The notes: generated from the letters alone by a model not told the origin. Positions 20,730-36,066 are shown, numbered from the stretch's first letter. The stretch is 64,000 bases of DNA from Phoronis australis (GCA_002633005.1 NMRA01000952.1:25817-89816), one strand, 5' to 3'. A program made the numbers and translations.

Positions 20730-23700
20730 CAGCGGACCTTAACTGTAATAAATCAAAAGAGAGACAATTTTATTGAAATTGTTGACAAAATGTGGCAAAA
20801 AATTGACGTACCCTCGCCATGAGTCAGAGCTGACCTCAGTAGCCGAGTGTTGGCTGCGGGAGATGCGACGTACTTCACAAATTTATTATTAAATACCAAT
20901 CGTGATATGCAACGAACAGGTAAAATTTTTACAATAAATAATCAAGTATGTACCAAAAGAACCAAAATGAGAATCAAAAACAACCCTCAATCAAAATAGC
21001 AACGCATTTACGCACACAATGAATATCAATACGTTTTCAAGGATAATATGACCGTCATTCAGGAATCGTTCCTGAACTGATACACGGGAATTCAGGTCAC
21101 GGAAGTAGCCGGGATTGTCGAAGATTTTCTGATCTCGGCCGAGGTACAAAATTGTGCTCAAAAAGGCTTTTAGTTTGATAACAGAAAGCAGGCGAGCATG
21201 ATGCCATGTTGCATATTACTTAATTTGGTACACACTTTTAATTTTTGAACTAGGTTACCCTTTGAGATAAGGACTTTAAGAATTCAGCGAAGAAGAAGTG
21301 TCAACACGCCCTGGACACGTCTGCAAAAAAACCCTTATATTCGCCTACATTCAAAAATGACCGTGTCTTCAGAAATCTTTAGTTTTAATAGGGAATCCTA
21401 CACGAGTCCTCAGTTTTATAACATAAATCTGAGACGAGTGTAGCATTTGTTTTCTCACCGTGACATGAACCATAAAACAATCTTTTTGCCGAAAAACTCG
21501 ACGTGTCTAAAACTTTCAACGACATGACGCAACTTTTGTAAAAAATACGCTTGCGCAATGTAAATTAATTCAGTTATTTTTTGTTAATAGTTTTATTTTA
21601 AGCTTAGCAATTGTAAATTGCATTCAGCTTTCATAGTAAATATTCAAGTTAGAATCAAAGGAATAGTCTTTGAAGTTGTAATATTAAAACTTAAAAATTG
21701 TTCATAAATGAGTAAACACGGGTTCCCGCGCGTGAGCACTGAATTGACCTTGAAACAGCACAGCTAGACAGTCTCGCCGTGTTTCTTGAGTTGGGGCTCG
21801 TCTGCGTCATTTTAAATGAACGTCGGTATGGAATTCGCCGCCGTAGATGGGTCCGTTTAAGAAGTTGTTTGCAGGCCCTTCTTACTGGGAATACATACAG
21901 TTGCGACACCCGATTTGTCAATCATAACCTTGTCACTTTCTCGAAATACCGGCATTGTTTGGTTGGCGCGCGTTTGGTTGTTCTAGTGTTCTGCTGACGC
22001 TAAAATGTAAGGCGTATGTATGTATACTTTGCACTACTTTGTGATTCGCCCATGTATCATCAAACTTGAAAATTACGTACTCCATGTTATTAACCAGTCG
22101 TGTCGTCACACATTCCAGGTCATCATGTGAGAGTAACTTATGTGCATCATTACGCTGTGTGAGTAAAAAGAGATCTGTGATTACAGAGAGGCATATGCAA
22201 ATTGAATATAGGGGAGACAAATGAAAAATGATGGGAGACGAAATGGAGTTCAGAGCTATGTGAGTTGTTCATTCGCCGAATTTTGGTAGTTCCTGTCTAC
22301 TTTTTCAGACTTTGTTTCTCTGTGGCGGACCTTTTTACCCACTTCGCAAAATTAGGGGGGGGGCTCGTTCGAGCCCTCCGAGCCCCCTGGGTGCGCGCAT
22401 GAATAAGATATCAGTAACACTCACCAACCATTTACTTCAGCACGTACACTGTAAGCGTACATTAACTGTCGCCAGCCGACTAAAGCGACGTCTTTCGTGA
22501 AAATGCCCACGAGCCTGTCACATTTATTCAGTTCAGTGCTAAGGAAACCTATTATGGCGGTGCTAAATACATGTACAATCTGCATACTGCAGTATCTAGT
22601 TTGTCTTCATGCTCCCTCGTTATGGCTTTCAAAAGGTTTTTAGATATATCAAAATGTTAGGTAAAAATTACATGTGGAGAGAGTAAATTACTATTTTCGA
22701 CCCGCTTAACAGCTCCAGATAGCTGTGCTGGAAAGTATGTTGAGTGGTTAGGCGGAGCGTCTTGTGGTTTCCATTAATTACAACAACCGAGAGCATTTTC
22801 GGAAATTTCATGAGTCCGATTAAGTTCTGTGACGTATACACCAACGGCAAACCAGAAGCCGGGTTCGTATACATGTATTAGGTCCTCAGACCTCAGTGAG
22901 AGGTACTCGCGAAACGCCCTAGTATGAGGGAACGCTGTGCCGCAAGAGGACTCCGAACCTGCGTTGTCCAAACTGTGGCGCTGGTTCGACTCGCCGACCT
23001 AGTCCTGCCGTAGTCTTGTTCGTTCAGTTACTTACTTTGTTCGGTTGCTATTGATGTTTGTACGGTGTTGTTGGCTGAGGCACCCATATAGCTTAGCTCC
23101 TGCATCCAGTTTGAGTTGCTTTTTGTCTTAACAATTGCGTTTATTTGTTGCTTTTCTTTTATCTTTATTTTTACCAGTCAATACTGAAAAGATTCTTTTG
23201 ATTTTCATTTGATTTTGACTCGGACTCCTGATTGGCTATTGAATATGGCCGCTTTATTATGTTGTACATTTCACAGACGTGACATGATCGGAGGCAGGGG
23301 AGAGTTTAAAATGAGTGGCCCCTCGGAGATTCTGTAGTAAAAGCATGGTGCGCCATGCGGTGGACTATTTGGTATGTACGTCTTGTAGTTTGTTATGTCT
23401 CTGGACATGACTGATTACCACGCTTTACGGCCCAGGGATGTAGGCCTAATGGCCCATCACGTTATGTTGATTGGTCAGAGTTGTGTACAAGTGGATGTGT
23501 CACATTTGACCTCATGCAAGAAAAGTATTAACATGTCGTGAACGTTTTAAAGTTCATGCAGCCCTGAGGGCATGGACGTTGACTATACCTGCAATCGTAG
23601 TGCATTGTGACGGATTATCATGAATGGCTTAATAAACGTGTTGTTAATAACTGCAATTACGTAAAATAAATAGTGTCACACCAGTCCGTGTCGGCAGCTG

Positions 23701-23754
23701 GAAAAAGCGGGGCGCGCCCGTGTTACAGTAGCCTATGGGCAGCGAAAAGGTTCA

Positions 23755-24070
23755 AAATAGACAACACTGCCAAATAAGTGAGTGGTTTGACAAACAGACA
23801 AGTAGTTTGCTGAACGGACAAGTGATTCGTCAAATAAACAAGTCTGTATGCGAGTATAGTTTTCCTAACAGACAAGACAATTGTACAGATTCTGTAGGAT
23901 AAACAAGTGCCTATACTGTTGAACAAACGAGTAAGTTGGTAAGTGATTAAATAGGTTATCAAACAGATAAGTAACCTGGGAGGCTCAACTGTCAAATAAT
24001 TAAGTACGTCAACTGTCGAACGGACAAGTCATCTGTTGAACGAATAAGACAATCACGTCAAACGAACAGC
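23755..24070 (+). repeat. Degenerate ~20-bp minisatellite (aaacagacaagt core)
   Basis: Recurring caaacagacaagt / aacggacaagt / aaataaacaagt units. Confidence 0.7.
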
Positions 24071-26359
24071 GGGCGCTACTTGAAAACTTCTGTTATAGGT
24101 GATTCCAGGTCACGACTTGGAAGGTAGGGCGATGAACTATCATATTACTCACGTGCTCAACACAGCCCAATTAAAAATAAGGGAGTTTATCTATCTCACC
24201 TGTTACGGCGTAGCTGGTTTCCAATGAGGATATGGACGATGTCTTCACGGCGTTCTATGAACGGACTGTACAATAGTGAAGACAGGACCAAACTGAACGC
24301 AAAGCTTTGACAAACACGTGACAGTTCCCTACCATAGCTGGTCGCATATAAACTGTATTCGGGGGAGAACTCCTGGTACGACACTGAGCAAGACATATGT
24401 TCCCATTGACGCCTAATTTGAATAACAGGAGACACATACTAAAAGCTGACGAAAAACAAGATTTCTCGTTTCAGTATAGGAGAGAGGGCGAGAGAAATCA
24501 TTTTTTTCAGAACCAGAATACAATAAAACACTATTTGTTAATTGCTCTGCTAGTTGCAGTAACTGGCCTCTGGAAGGTAGTCTGACTTGAGGAAGTGCAA
24601 TTATGTACCGCAAAACCCGTCAACCACACGTAGTAGGCCTATTGAGCAAGTCTGCAGTTAAGCCAGATTCTGTAAGCCTATCAACAAATGAATAAGACTG
24701 TTTTGCTGCAGTCACTGATGCCACTAAAATGAACATGTCAGTGAGAAAATGAATAGATGTATATCGTCAAATTATAAGAATTTCGCTAACATAACAAAGT
24801 TTGCGTTGTTGTTTCCTGCTTTGAAGTAAACTATAGGTTCGATCAGAGATGTTCACCAATATGTGTCACTTCAGGTCAGTGTGGTCAAATAACAAAAACT
24901 TGAGCACTCAAATACTGAAGTCCCAAGCTGCCAACCAGCAGACGAAGTCCCCGGTTCCCCCGGATCTGATTGCCTTTCACTGACATCAAGTAAACGAGCC
25001 GAGATACCGCGGGCCCTGGATCTGGCCGTTTCAGTTGTAGAGAGTAAACACACCTTTTCTTTACGTACGGGTGTCGGGTTACAAAAGCCGACTGCTGCAA
25101 TCAAAGGGACTGCGGTAAAATGTCGTTCTTGGGCAAATGGATCTTGCGGACCAGACTTTTGTGACGTACGTCAGAATGTTCTTCGAATTGCGCCTGTTGT
25201 CTGAATTTAACGACTTAAATCTTTTTTTTGGTTTAATTCTATTCACAAAAAGCATTGAGGAGAGGAACTGAAGCAAAGCTTTTCAAGATCAGTAGAACCA
25301 AATGAATGCCGGTGTATTTTCGTCTCCCGAGGTATATTTACCACCTGACCCTATTGGTGTCGCTGAGCGCGGTGGTGTGAATGACCTTTAAGAAAGAATA
25401 TCAAATTTACGTTGTCGGTGCGCAAAACGTTAAGACGCATTACGGTACTTTCTTTCGATTTTTCAATAAAACGTATTTTGAGTGAAATATATTCAGTCCT
25501 GAAAGTGTTGCTTGTGAGGTAGGCCCTACCGAATCATCTGTAACACCGCTACTTGGGCGGGTAGCAAGCTGTGGATGCCAGCCTGCTGTGCAGTAACGTT
25601 GGCACTGAGACCACGCTAAGTTGTCACAACCATCGCAAACGGGACGCTTTCCCCTTCCTATACTATAAACCACGGGAAATGAGCAGCAATATCGGACTAC
25701 TTTTCACATTATACGCATGGACGGGAACTAGTGCTGTGACTGCTTGTCCCAATTTCGTGTAATGTTTTGACCAATAAATGCTCGCTACTCGATATCAGCT
25801 AATTACCATATCGTCAGATATAGTGTTTGGGGATGTTCTAATTTGACAGATTATCGAATACTTTTTGTGTTTTGATACGAAACTGGTTCATTTTAAGCAT
25901 TTTTAAAGTTCAACATACATTATCGGCCATTGCTCGGAACATTTGACACTTCCTTGTAGGCAAATTTTTCGGAGCTTGGCCCTGCACATATATGTATCAA
26001 TTCCAGCAGTAGAAATCACTGTTCCGAACCTCACTGTCACCATAGACTATAATCTATGCTGTCACAAAAGTTCAAGCCAAAACAAAATTTTTAACCCAGA
26101 ACCACTAAAATTACTCCTTGTGCTTGCATTAAATGTGAATCCTCCGTCACTTGCACTGAACTAATGGCCCATCAATTCATTACGTACATCCAGTGAGAGC
26201 GTAACTTCATATGGCCTTAGCAGAATCAGTAGGTGACAGCTTCAATTAAGAGGTCTGTCGGTGACTCAAGGTTCACGAACATTTTGAGTTTAAATATTTC
26301 GGCTGAGTAGCGTTAGTCGGACAATGATCGCTAGCCAAAAGGTGAACGTTACTCACGTA

Positions 26360-26620
26360 AATTACGGGTGTAAATCAATTTTTGTTAACGGCGTGAATTA
26401 ATTCTTCACTGCTTAAAACAATTATTAACGGCGTATACTTTAACTATGACGTAAATTGAATCTTTGCGGTGTAAAATAATTACTCGATGCGCAAATTATA
26501 TTTTAAATAGGGGAGTATTATTTTATTACGCACGTGAATAATAAATGAGTTTGCGAAAATACCAGTTTACGCCGCTAACGACTAATTTACGCCGCTTATA
26601 ATTGATTTACGCCGTGACAT
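26360..26620. repeat. Inverted arrays of acggcgtaaa / tttacgccg motifs (MITE-like)
   Basis: The left half has acggcgt/gacgtaaat units; the right half has three tttacgccg units. Confidence 0.55.
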
Positions 26621-26996
26621 ATTTCTTAACCTAGCCAATTATTTGTAACATAAAAGTGAAACAATGTGGCTGCAGCTTTAGGCGAAGATTTCACACGAAA
26701 TGTTCAGCGAAACGTCAACGACGTGTGTCGTCTTATATTTTTGTATCCTGTTGATACATAAGTTCTATATTCTGTAACGCAAAAGTTTATATTTTAAATC
26801 AAACAACATTAATAGCTGTGTAGAAGGCGAATTTAGAGGTAATCCTCGTCAAGATCCAGTTAGTTTGTAATTTCTTCACCGCCGTAGCTGGCACGTGGGC
26901 AGATACCGTTCAGCTCTAGTGGTAAGGAGAATTCGAAGCTAAGAAAAGACCCGAACTGTGTCCTGAGGATGTTAATTGTTCCTAACAAACATTGAC

Positions 26997-28200
26997 CAGT
27001 GGCGGATCTAGGATATCACAAGGGGGGCCCAACTTTTCGTCCGGCTGTAAGCATTTGTGCAAACTGAACCACTATTGTAGATGCAAACCCCCCTCCCGCC
27101 CAGGAAATTTTTCTGTTTTTACCTCTAAAAATCAAGCATTTTCCTTGATTCCTGAAGTATTATCCAAGAAAAAAAGGCAAAAAAACGGAGTACGTGTCAA
27201 ACAGGAAAAACTGCAAGTATCAAAGACTCGAACACACGACCTGGCGAATAGTGCGCGCGTGAGTTACTAGTACACCACCACGATTTAACTACTAATCTCA
27301 TACTAAGAGACCTACTTGTTTATGGTCCACAGCGTTTGCGCGCGAAACCTACGTCTTTTTTGTAATGCTTGTTACACGTTTTGTATTTTGTGCCATCGAT
27401 TCTTAACAAATTTGTCGTATTTAAAATAGTCTTCAAATGCCAAAAAGACCAAATCCGTTTTTCGTGTTGGCAATAATGACGGGATTGCTTTGGAAATCGT
27501 CTTACGATAAGGTTTGGCAAGGAGAGTATTGCGAGTTTCTGAATGATTCACTAAGGCTTCGATTACAATTCACATCTTACCAGCAGCTTCTGTTTTTTCA
27601 GCGTCACTCAGGTTCCATTTTCTTTAAAAAACGAAGTAAATTTTCTTCATTGCACAGTGGAGCAGACTACGGAAACGGAGTCGTAGTGCCCAGCTCCACT
27701 GCCGGTCGCCTGGGATATCGCGGGAGAGCCTATACTTAGCCATGGTTCCGTTACGAATGCGCCGTGTTCGGAATTTGACACTTGAAATTGGATTTGAGCC
27801 NNNNNNNNNNNNNNNNNNNNNNNNNNNNNNNNNNNNNNNNNNNNNNNNNNNNNNNNNNNNNNNNNNNNNNNNNNNNNNNNNNNNNNNNNNNNNNNNNNNN
27901 NNNNNNNNNNNNNNNNNNNNNNNNNNNNNNNNNNNNNNNNNNNNNNNNNNNNNNNNNNNNNNNNNNNNNNNNNNNNNNNNNNNNNNNNNNNNNNNNNNNN
28001 NNNNNNNNNNNNNNNNNNNNNNNNNNNNNNNNNNNNNNNNNNNNNNNNNNNNNNNNNNNNNNNNNNNNNNNNNNNNNNNNNNNNNNNNNNNNNNNNNNNN
28101 NNNNNNNNNNNNNNNNNNNNNNNNNNNNNNNNNNNNNNNNNNNNNNNNNNNNNNNNNNNNNNNNNNNNNNNNNNNNNNNNNCCCCCCTAAATCCGCCTAT
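26997..28200. mobile_element. TIR element (cagtggcggatctagg...cctaaatccgcctatg) spanning the assembly gap; related ends at 63795 and ~40354
   Basis: Complementary termini GGCGGATCTAGG and CCTAAATCCGCC. The same 5' end agtggcggatctagg occurs at 63795. Confidence 0.6.
27801..28181. other. Assembly gap (run of N)
   Basis: Directly visible in the sequence. Confidence 1.
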
Positions 28201-28565
28201 GTTGACGAACACTTATTTTAATCAAATTTTTAAGAAAACGCCTTGCTTACTAATATTGGAGGTAAAACGGTGCTAGGAACTTGTACATATACATGAAGCG
28301 GCACTAATGGCCAATACGTTAAACATTAGACAAGCACGAATGAGAAGGGGATAATCTAAGCGTGAAGATTTATGTCCCAGTTAGCATTCTACCTCTGAGC
28401 ATGACGAAGTACAGTGTATGTCCCAGTCAGCATTATCCGGGGTGTTGGAAGAATCCATGCGTCGGTTATTAGGTCGTTTCGTCTTTGCCGTTTTAGATTC
28501 ACGAGTTCCTGGGCCTATGGAATGTCGGCCTTGGCCTGCTCACTTGGGCCCCGTTCTTATTACCA

Positions 28566-28900
28566 TTTTATGTGCCCACAAATTTATATGTGCTCGCATT
28601 ATGCCGTCTTCCCCGTCCGTCCAGCGTCCGTCCGGGGTCCATGCTGGCGTTGAGCGTCCGGCGTCCGCTGCTGTATCTCCAAAGCCGTTTGATGAATGCT
28701 CATGAAATTTTACTCATGTTCCTGTTATAGATGGGACGGCATGAGCGAACTTTCGGACGGAGCGGACTGTCGGTGTGCCCCCTAGTGGCAATTTTATTCT
28801 TTTTACGTTTATCTCTCTTACTTCGGTTCTCGACAGATTTTCATAAAATTAAGCATATTATATGGCTTGTTATCAGCAAAGGTCGACTGCGAACTACATT
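28566..28900 (+). mobile_element. Helentron/HINE (DINE-1-like) non-autonomous element fragment
   Basis: A tttttatgtgcccac start, followed by a cgtccgtcc microsatellite-like tract, then tatctcc...atgaaattt. Confidence 0.45.
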
Positions 28901-30226
28901 TTGAAAAAGACAATACTTTTTAAAGACTGATCGTTTAAAAAAAAGAAAACAGAGTACTTTAAGTTTAAAAACCCATCCATCCTCCTCAACATAATAACAT
29001 AACCTGGTCTAAATACGAATGTATTGTAAACTGGTCTTAAAATAAATGCAAATGCTTTTTCACACTCAGCCCCTCCCCCCTCAACATCATGCACGCTGGA
29101 GACTAACACATATGTATCTCACGTGCATCCCGTATCATTAGCTCGTAATACTCCACTTCGTGTGGTTTATAACGACCTCTGCAGCAAGTGGGATCACAGG
29201 GCATGCACTTTCCTATTAATTTTCAAGGCAGTACACATTATATTAACCATTTATTACAGTGACATTGATGCATCACAAAATGCAGTACAGAAACAGATGG
29301 ACTTAGTGTGCAATACATCCCAGCCTTTCGGGCTTAAAAGTCAGGCGATACAAATTAACACGCTAGCGGTTACATAATACAGGACACTCTCGCGGCAATC
29401 CAGTAACCTAGTCAAAAACTTGTATTTGATCTCGAGTACAATAATTGTTAAACATAAAGCATTCCATTAATTCCGCTTAAATATTTGCATACGTTTGCGT
29501 TTGAAACAAAAAAATGCCAGTTATCATATTGCCCGAAATATGACAGGAGAGAACTGTCAAAAGCACAAGTCAACCACTGTATGCAAAACGTGCATGTAAA
29601 TGTCGTCCTCCTGCTTTTCTAATATTTTGGACCAGGGCCCTGTTGCATAAAAGTTATACACCGGATAACAACATAAGCATCGTCACCCTTCACGTTGTTA
29701 TTTGTTGAGCGCTGAATATGACGTCATGCAGTTACTGTATCAAGTTTATCCAGTGAATAATCGTTTTAATGCAACTCATCTCTCGGCCAGGGGTTTAATA
29801 GCCATGCTGGAAATTGATTCTACTAGAAATTGCATGGCGTACTTCGAGACTACATGTACTTGAGCTCCCAGCATACAGCCCGATTGGTAAAATTTTGAGT
29901 CTGAGTTGAAAGATTAGACCCATGGCTCAGTCAAATGGTGTAACTGCGTGTAGAATATTCTCAAGTCTGATAAAGAAGACGTTTCAAGTGTGTACCTGTT
30001 CCTTATAACACCTTTAACTAGGACAAATTCGCGTTTCTCTTTTACACGTTTTACAAAATTCAGTTAGATTATTGCAATAAGTGAGTATGAAAGTACAAAA
30101 TCCTTTGCCGAAGTGTCAGTTTTGTTTTCCGATTTTTGGGTTGGATTTGAACTCGTATTTGTAGATATGTTCCAACGAACAATAATGGCGGAAGTGCCTC
30201 ATTATAGTTAGTATGTTGCTGCAGCC

Positions 30227-30477
30227 TTAGAAAGCCTTGTCTTTCTCCTCGCGCACCACGTGACCAGATCTATTTCGTGCAGCAACCAACACAGTGACAC
30301 CTATCATAAGAAGCAAGAAGATGGCGAGCACGGCCACAACTGCGTAGAAGGTGGTTGCACTGATGTGCCCTTCACAGATGACGTTGTTTTTGTTGTTGCT
30401 GTTGTTGTTGTTGTTGTTGTTGTTGTCTGAATTCTGTTCAACTACATTCACCTCTTCTTTGGTGATGATCTTGTCGT
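30227..30477 (-). CDS. ZP gene exon 8 (poly-Asn, TM, tail)
   Basis: DKIITKEEVNVVEQNSDNNNNNNNNSNNKNNVICEGHISATTFYAVVAVLAIFLLLMIGVTVLVAARNRSGHVVREEKDKAF*. Confidence 0.88.
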
Positions 30478-33400
30478 CTGAAAAAGACATAGCTCGAATT
30501 CAGTCTGAAGATTCGTTCCGATTCATTTTTATCCACTTATAAATGCTAGTCCACCATACAACAGAGGGCGCCTGCCGATAAATACGTTTGTCCAACCGCT
30601 TGCTTCGTTAATCAAACGTCCTTGAGAATCATAATTCTAACCTTTACTAAACCAAAAGTTGGGTGAAGCAAGACAATAATCTGTGCAACGAATTATAATA
30701 TGTGTTTATCATTTGTCTGGAACAGATGTCAGCAGCCCCTTATTTGCATACAGAGGTCACGATACTGCGACTGAGTGCACTTATGATGCTGTGCAACTGC
30801 ACACTTACAGGAGTAAGTCTTTTAAGAGATGCGACGCTGTCAAAAGTGCTTTACAACCAAAGTTTGAAAGATGGAGACAATATCAGAGTAGTTGAAAGAA
30901 AGAACCTTTTAAAGAGTTCCGAACTGAATCATTTGATCACTGAAAACACAAAAATCTAGCCCTGGAATGCCAACTCCCGAACGTGACCTACGTATACTAA
31001 AATTAGAGCTTGTGACCCCGAGACTAGCTGCGAGAGTGCACTGAGAATTTCCGGCTGTCAGCTCGACTGAGTTTTGGTCGAGAATTGTAGTTTCCAAATC
31101 AAGCCTGATTTCATTGATTCGTTTTTATTTGGTCATTATTGTTCATCAAACGAGTCTTGAGATACGATTCCATACAATCGACGATTTCTCGACAAAATTA
31201 GTCAACAAACCCGAAAATGACACTGGTCATTCCTTGGAGGCACCGACATGTGGTTTTAGGTGGATTCAGGGAGTAATTTTGACTTCTGATATCTCTTCAG
31301 TTCCAGTCGTAGAACCACTTTCGACAACCTATCATGGTAAAGTACATGCCACGACTTTTTCAACAAAGCCTTTTGGTTCTTAAAATCACGTTAAAGAATT
31401 TTACGGAAAAAGTACTGTTATATTTGGACTAAATGATAAGTTTAGGCCCTAAAAACAGGTGTGTTTACGTAATTTTCGAAAAAAAAATTCATAATTGCTC
31501 TATTTATGTGTGTGTGTGCGTGTGTGCTTGTATGAGCGTGCGTGTGTGTGTGCGTGTGCATTCTGTTCTAATTAATTGTTTCTATGATAATTCATTTGTT
31601 CAATGTTATCTTGTTGCCTAGATGCCGTTTTGGTTAATTCGATTTCTGAGAAGTAGGCCTACAGTTATCCATAGTACATGGATTTACCTACATGTATACC
31701 TGTGAAATAAAATTCAAAAAAATGAAAACGTTACCTTGTATAAGAAGCCAATCTAGTACCTCGTGTTGCTGATAGCGTACAGTGTATTTGAAAATTACCA
31801 CGCTCTTGGCGTACTGTCCCACTTTAAAAAAATCCCACCAACCCGACACACCATATATAAATGCCCGACTTTGTTTATTAGAGTTTATTTATTATGAATG
31901 AAACAAGTATGTTTCGAAATATCGTGTGTCTTTTAATTATGTCGCTAGGTCAGTTACTGTATCTACAGTATGTTCAATTGAGAGTAGAGTTTTGTTAAGA
32001 AAGTACGAACGCAACGGATTAAAGACTGTGGACAATGAAAAGTGTCGTGCATTTAACAACTTCTGTGTAACCGAAAACTTGCTCCCGAAGTACAGTCAGA
32101 GTTTATTTCTAAACTTTTATGGAAAGTCCTTGACAGCAACCAATGTGATGAACTATCCACAGTACATTTTAAAGCTACGTGATAGATGTTTGCTCATTTT
32201 CATGGATAAGAAAACCTTTATTTGCAAATTTCGGATAAATACTTGGAGTGGTTAATCACGTTTTTCACGGTGAATGCCACTGCATTGGGAAAATTACTGA
32301 ACAATGTATTACTTGCATCAAACGGCACCAAAGGTCCAATTAATTATAATATATAAAGATGTATAATTTTGAATGAATGCCTGACTAAATTATCCCCAGC
32401 AAGTGTGAGGGATCCATATTCTAAAACCTTTGTCTTCTTAGGGTATCTTTTGAATCATTAACATTATTTTCTCAGTGGCTTAATTAGTCATGTTTCATTT
32501 CCTTTTTTGTTACTCTTACACCCTCTTATTATGAGGATTTCGGTAATCCTTATGGTTTTTAGAATTAAAAAAATATATATTTTTAAACCAGTCAGGCATA
32601 CTTGTAGGATATCAATAATTTGTCTTCTGCTTCTTGCGTAATCACCAAGAACTGACAAAGGGCTTTCTAATGATATTGCTATTTTACAATTCAAATCAAA
32701 ACGGCAGAGCTTTAACAAGTTTTAATGCCAGTAAATTCGACACCAAGTACAGACACCGGAACAAAGGAATATAATCAACTCTCACGCATGCGTGGCGCAA
32801 CCTCAGGAATACAAACAACCGCAGCGGTTGTGATGGAGTTGGCCGAAAAACGAGTCACCATCGTGTTTCAGCATTCACTCCCAGTAAGCAAACACGAATG
32901 ACCGACACAGACTGTGCAATTTTACAAAATTAGGTGTTTGAGTTAATCATGTGATCCGACAACGGTTGCGCCAACTGTATGGTCCTGGAGAGTTGATAAG
33001 GATCAAGTTTGGCCAGGTACTAATTTTCGACGTGCTTAATTATTTACAGAGATATGAAAATATGGTCTAATTACTGCCTGTACTGTTGTTTTTTAATTTT
33101 GACATTTTAATGTTATTTGACTGGTTCCAAAACGTTGAAATGATTTGCTAAGCAAGCGAATTTAGTATTATATTAGTTCAGTGTAAGTGAATATATAATG
33201 AAGATTATGGCCTTTCCTTGGGCCAGTTGCGTCATTATCTGTTGTTACACGCCGGTTTGCCTTCCTATGAATCCGGTATTTTCAAGTATTCTTAAATGGG
33301 CAGTATATAACAGTGGAAACGGTTATGAAAACCAAATATTACCTGGTATATGTTCAAACACAGGACATCAGCATAATGACATGCTGCCCAAACAACCAAA

Positions 33401-36003
33401 AACGTGATAGCCCAAAACAAGAATACGAGAAATATACAGACTGGTTGATTCAAGACATTTTACTACAATAAGCTGATCTTCTAAATAAGAAATTAGTGAC
33501 ACTTAAGTGAAATTTGATGCAGGGTGAAGGTCGGAAAAATATCTCTACCATCCTACCCCAAAGTACCCTAGGTGATTTTACCAATCTAAAGTAACCTTCT
33601 ACGAATTGGTATTTTGCGTGAAACTTGCAACATTTGCCCCNGAAGCTGACCTAAAATAGCACCTATGACAGGGCAATATTTAATATGTATATTAGTGGTA
33701 AGAACCGATAAGAATAAACTCTAACTCACCATTTGAAGAAGTGACTGGAATGCTCAAAGTAAATACACGTGACACCGTGTCTTTGTCATTAACAGACCTC
33801 TTCTTGCGGGTATTGCACGAAGTTGAATCCTGAAAAAACGAGGTAAGAAACGTTGTAGAGGGGTTTCGTCTATTAGTGGAGTGCAGCGAACCAACAATAT
33901 TGTCACCATGTGAGAAGTTCACCCGCTGTCAGGATGGAAGCTCTCCTATGTTATGAGTTATGAAAGCAAAGCTACCCAGTGATTTTGCCCTTAAAGATAC
34001 TGTTTACCGTTTCATTTTTATTAAATACCTCATGAAACGGATCTTTACGCAAACAACTTTATTCGAAACCTAAGCACAAATAATGCTCTTTAGACATGAC
34101 ATCGATTTTTTCAAAATAAACTGAATTTGAAACAGTTTTTTTAGTTTAGATTTTATTTTGGTATGGTGCAACAAGAAAAGATAGATTCTGCCTTACTACG
34201 TGACCACCGTTCAAAAATAAGTGCGTGGCCAAAATTTATGGAAATGAAAACTTAAATAAGACACAATCTTAATCGATCGTTCATTTTTTGGGGAAACGTC
34301 TCGGCAATATTTCTGGCGCACGATCTGACCATTATTTTGTCAGACATCTTAGTTAAACAGATGGTTGAATGAACTTCCTCACGGAGAATAAAATCGTTAA
34401 GATTTCAAGAAAAAGAACATTTATGCGCGCGACATGTGTTACGTGATTAGTTTCTACTTTGTTGGTAAGAAAAGATTCATAATCAAAGTGGGTGTTTTGT
34501 TAAAAAGATGCGGCTATTGTATAAAATCTAAAAATCGGAACCCGCTTTGTTAAAAATTGAATGGATTTTGATTTGACACGTTTTAAGAAAATAATGGAAG
34601 AGTTTAAATGATGTTTATTGATTAAATTGAAGGTTACATTTGAGGGCCTTTAACCTTTCTGGAACTCGACATTGTTTAGACTGTGTATAACGTTACACCA
34701 CAACTATTTTAAATAAAATTGATGTCATTTGTAGAACTGTATACTGGCATCTGTTTACTGAAAATGGTCAAGACTTGACAATTTGTGAATGAGCGGTGGA
34801 TATATAAGTAGCGATGGGAGCAACTTAATTATCGCCTTGGCTACAGCTTCCTAGCTAGGGATTGCGTGTTATTTCTGGAAACTGACTTCGTATAATGTTG
34901 ATCTCCGGTATCTAAAGCCACAATGGAGAACGGTTACAGCACCTTGGTAAATAGTTTGGAATTTAAGGAATTTAATCTCGTCTGTTGGCAAAACTTTGCG
35001 TCAAATTTCCGGATAATGGCTGTTGTATGGAGGAAACATTAAAAACTACCTGAGAAGAGACTCTCAATGAGAAATCAGAAGTGATAACAGTCGCCAGGTG
35101 ACGAGACTGGCTAGTCCACGAGTCGGATCCCTAAGAACTATCAGAGTTAGGTCATAAAAATTGGGGACATGTCGCGAGTCCGCTCAAAATAGTTCCACAC
35201 AGAGACAACTTTTGAAATAGGGTAGCACAAGAAGCGAATCACGATTATCAAGGACACAATCAGGTAATCAAGGACATACATGTAATCACGTTATTAAGGA
35301 CAGTATCACGTCATCAAGGACAGAATCACGTTATCAAGAACAGAAATGCTCACTTGTCATTGCTACGTTGATGCTCCATGTAACAAGATTATGTCGTACT
35401 TTAAATTACCTCGAGTGACTAAATGACCATCTATCAGTAAGATAAAAATACAAGTTAGTGTCGGCTTACGAAGTTAATGGTAGTAGGAACAGCGACGACA
35501 TCAACGAAGAAACTGAAACATGTGACCCCACAACGCCATCTACGGCCAACTGAGGATTTTGCCACATTCAGCAAAAACTACGACCCAGGACGACGCTGAC
35601 GATCGAGATGACAAATACGTGGCCATGACAACAAAAGTTGACACCGACCGTGAAGTTCACTACTTTAGTGAGAGCGATGATTCAACCCCGCGGCAACGAT
35701 GATGTTGTGAATATGCAGTTGTTACTAACATTAGTAGAGTAGCAGAAGCTGTAGTGTAGTGTTGTGGTAGAAGCTGTCGACCACTATCATTAGTAGTGTA
35801 GTAGCAGTAGATATCACTAACACTTTAGTACAGTAGTAGTAGACTAGTAGTAGTGGTAGTAGTAGTAGTAGCTGTCACACACATTAGTAGTGTACTAGTA
35901 GTAGCTGTCACTAATATTATTATTATTATCAGTAGTAGTAGTAGCTGTCACTAATATTATTATTATTATCAGTAGTAGTAGTAGCTGTCACTAATATTAG
36001 TAA

Positions 36004-36066
<63 letters not shown>

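Noticed and set aside
21691-22220. Two adjacent minus-strand ORFs as a possible gene
   Set aside because: They are in different frames, have no recognisable motif, and have no convincing splice partners.
27742-28276. 150-165 aa ORFs
   Set aside because: Artefacts of the N gap.
33991-34653. TTAA-flanked Kolobok/piggyBac-like element
   Set aside because: Only ttaaag/ctttaa match, with no extended TIR visible.
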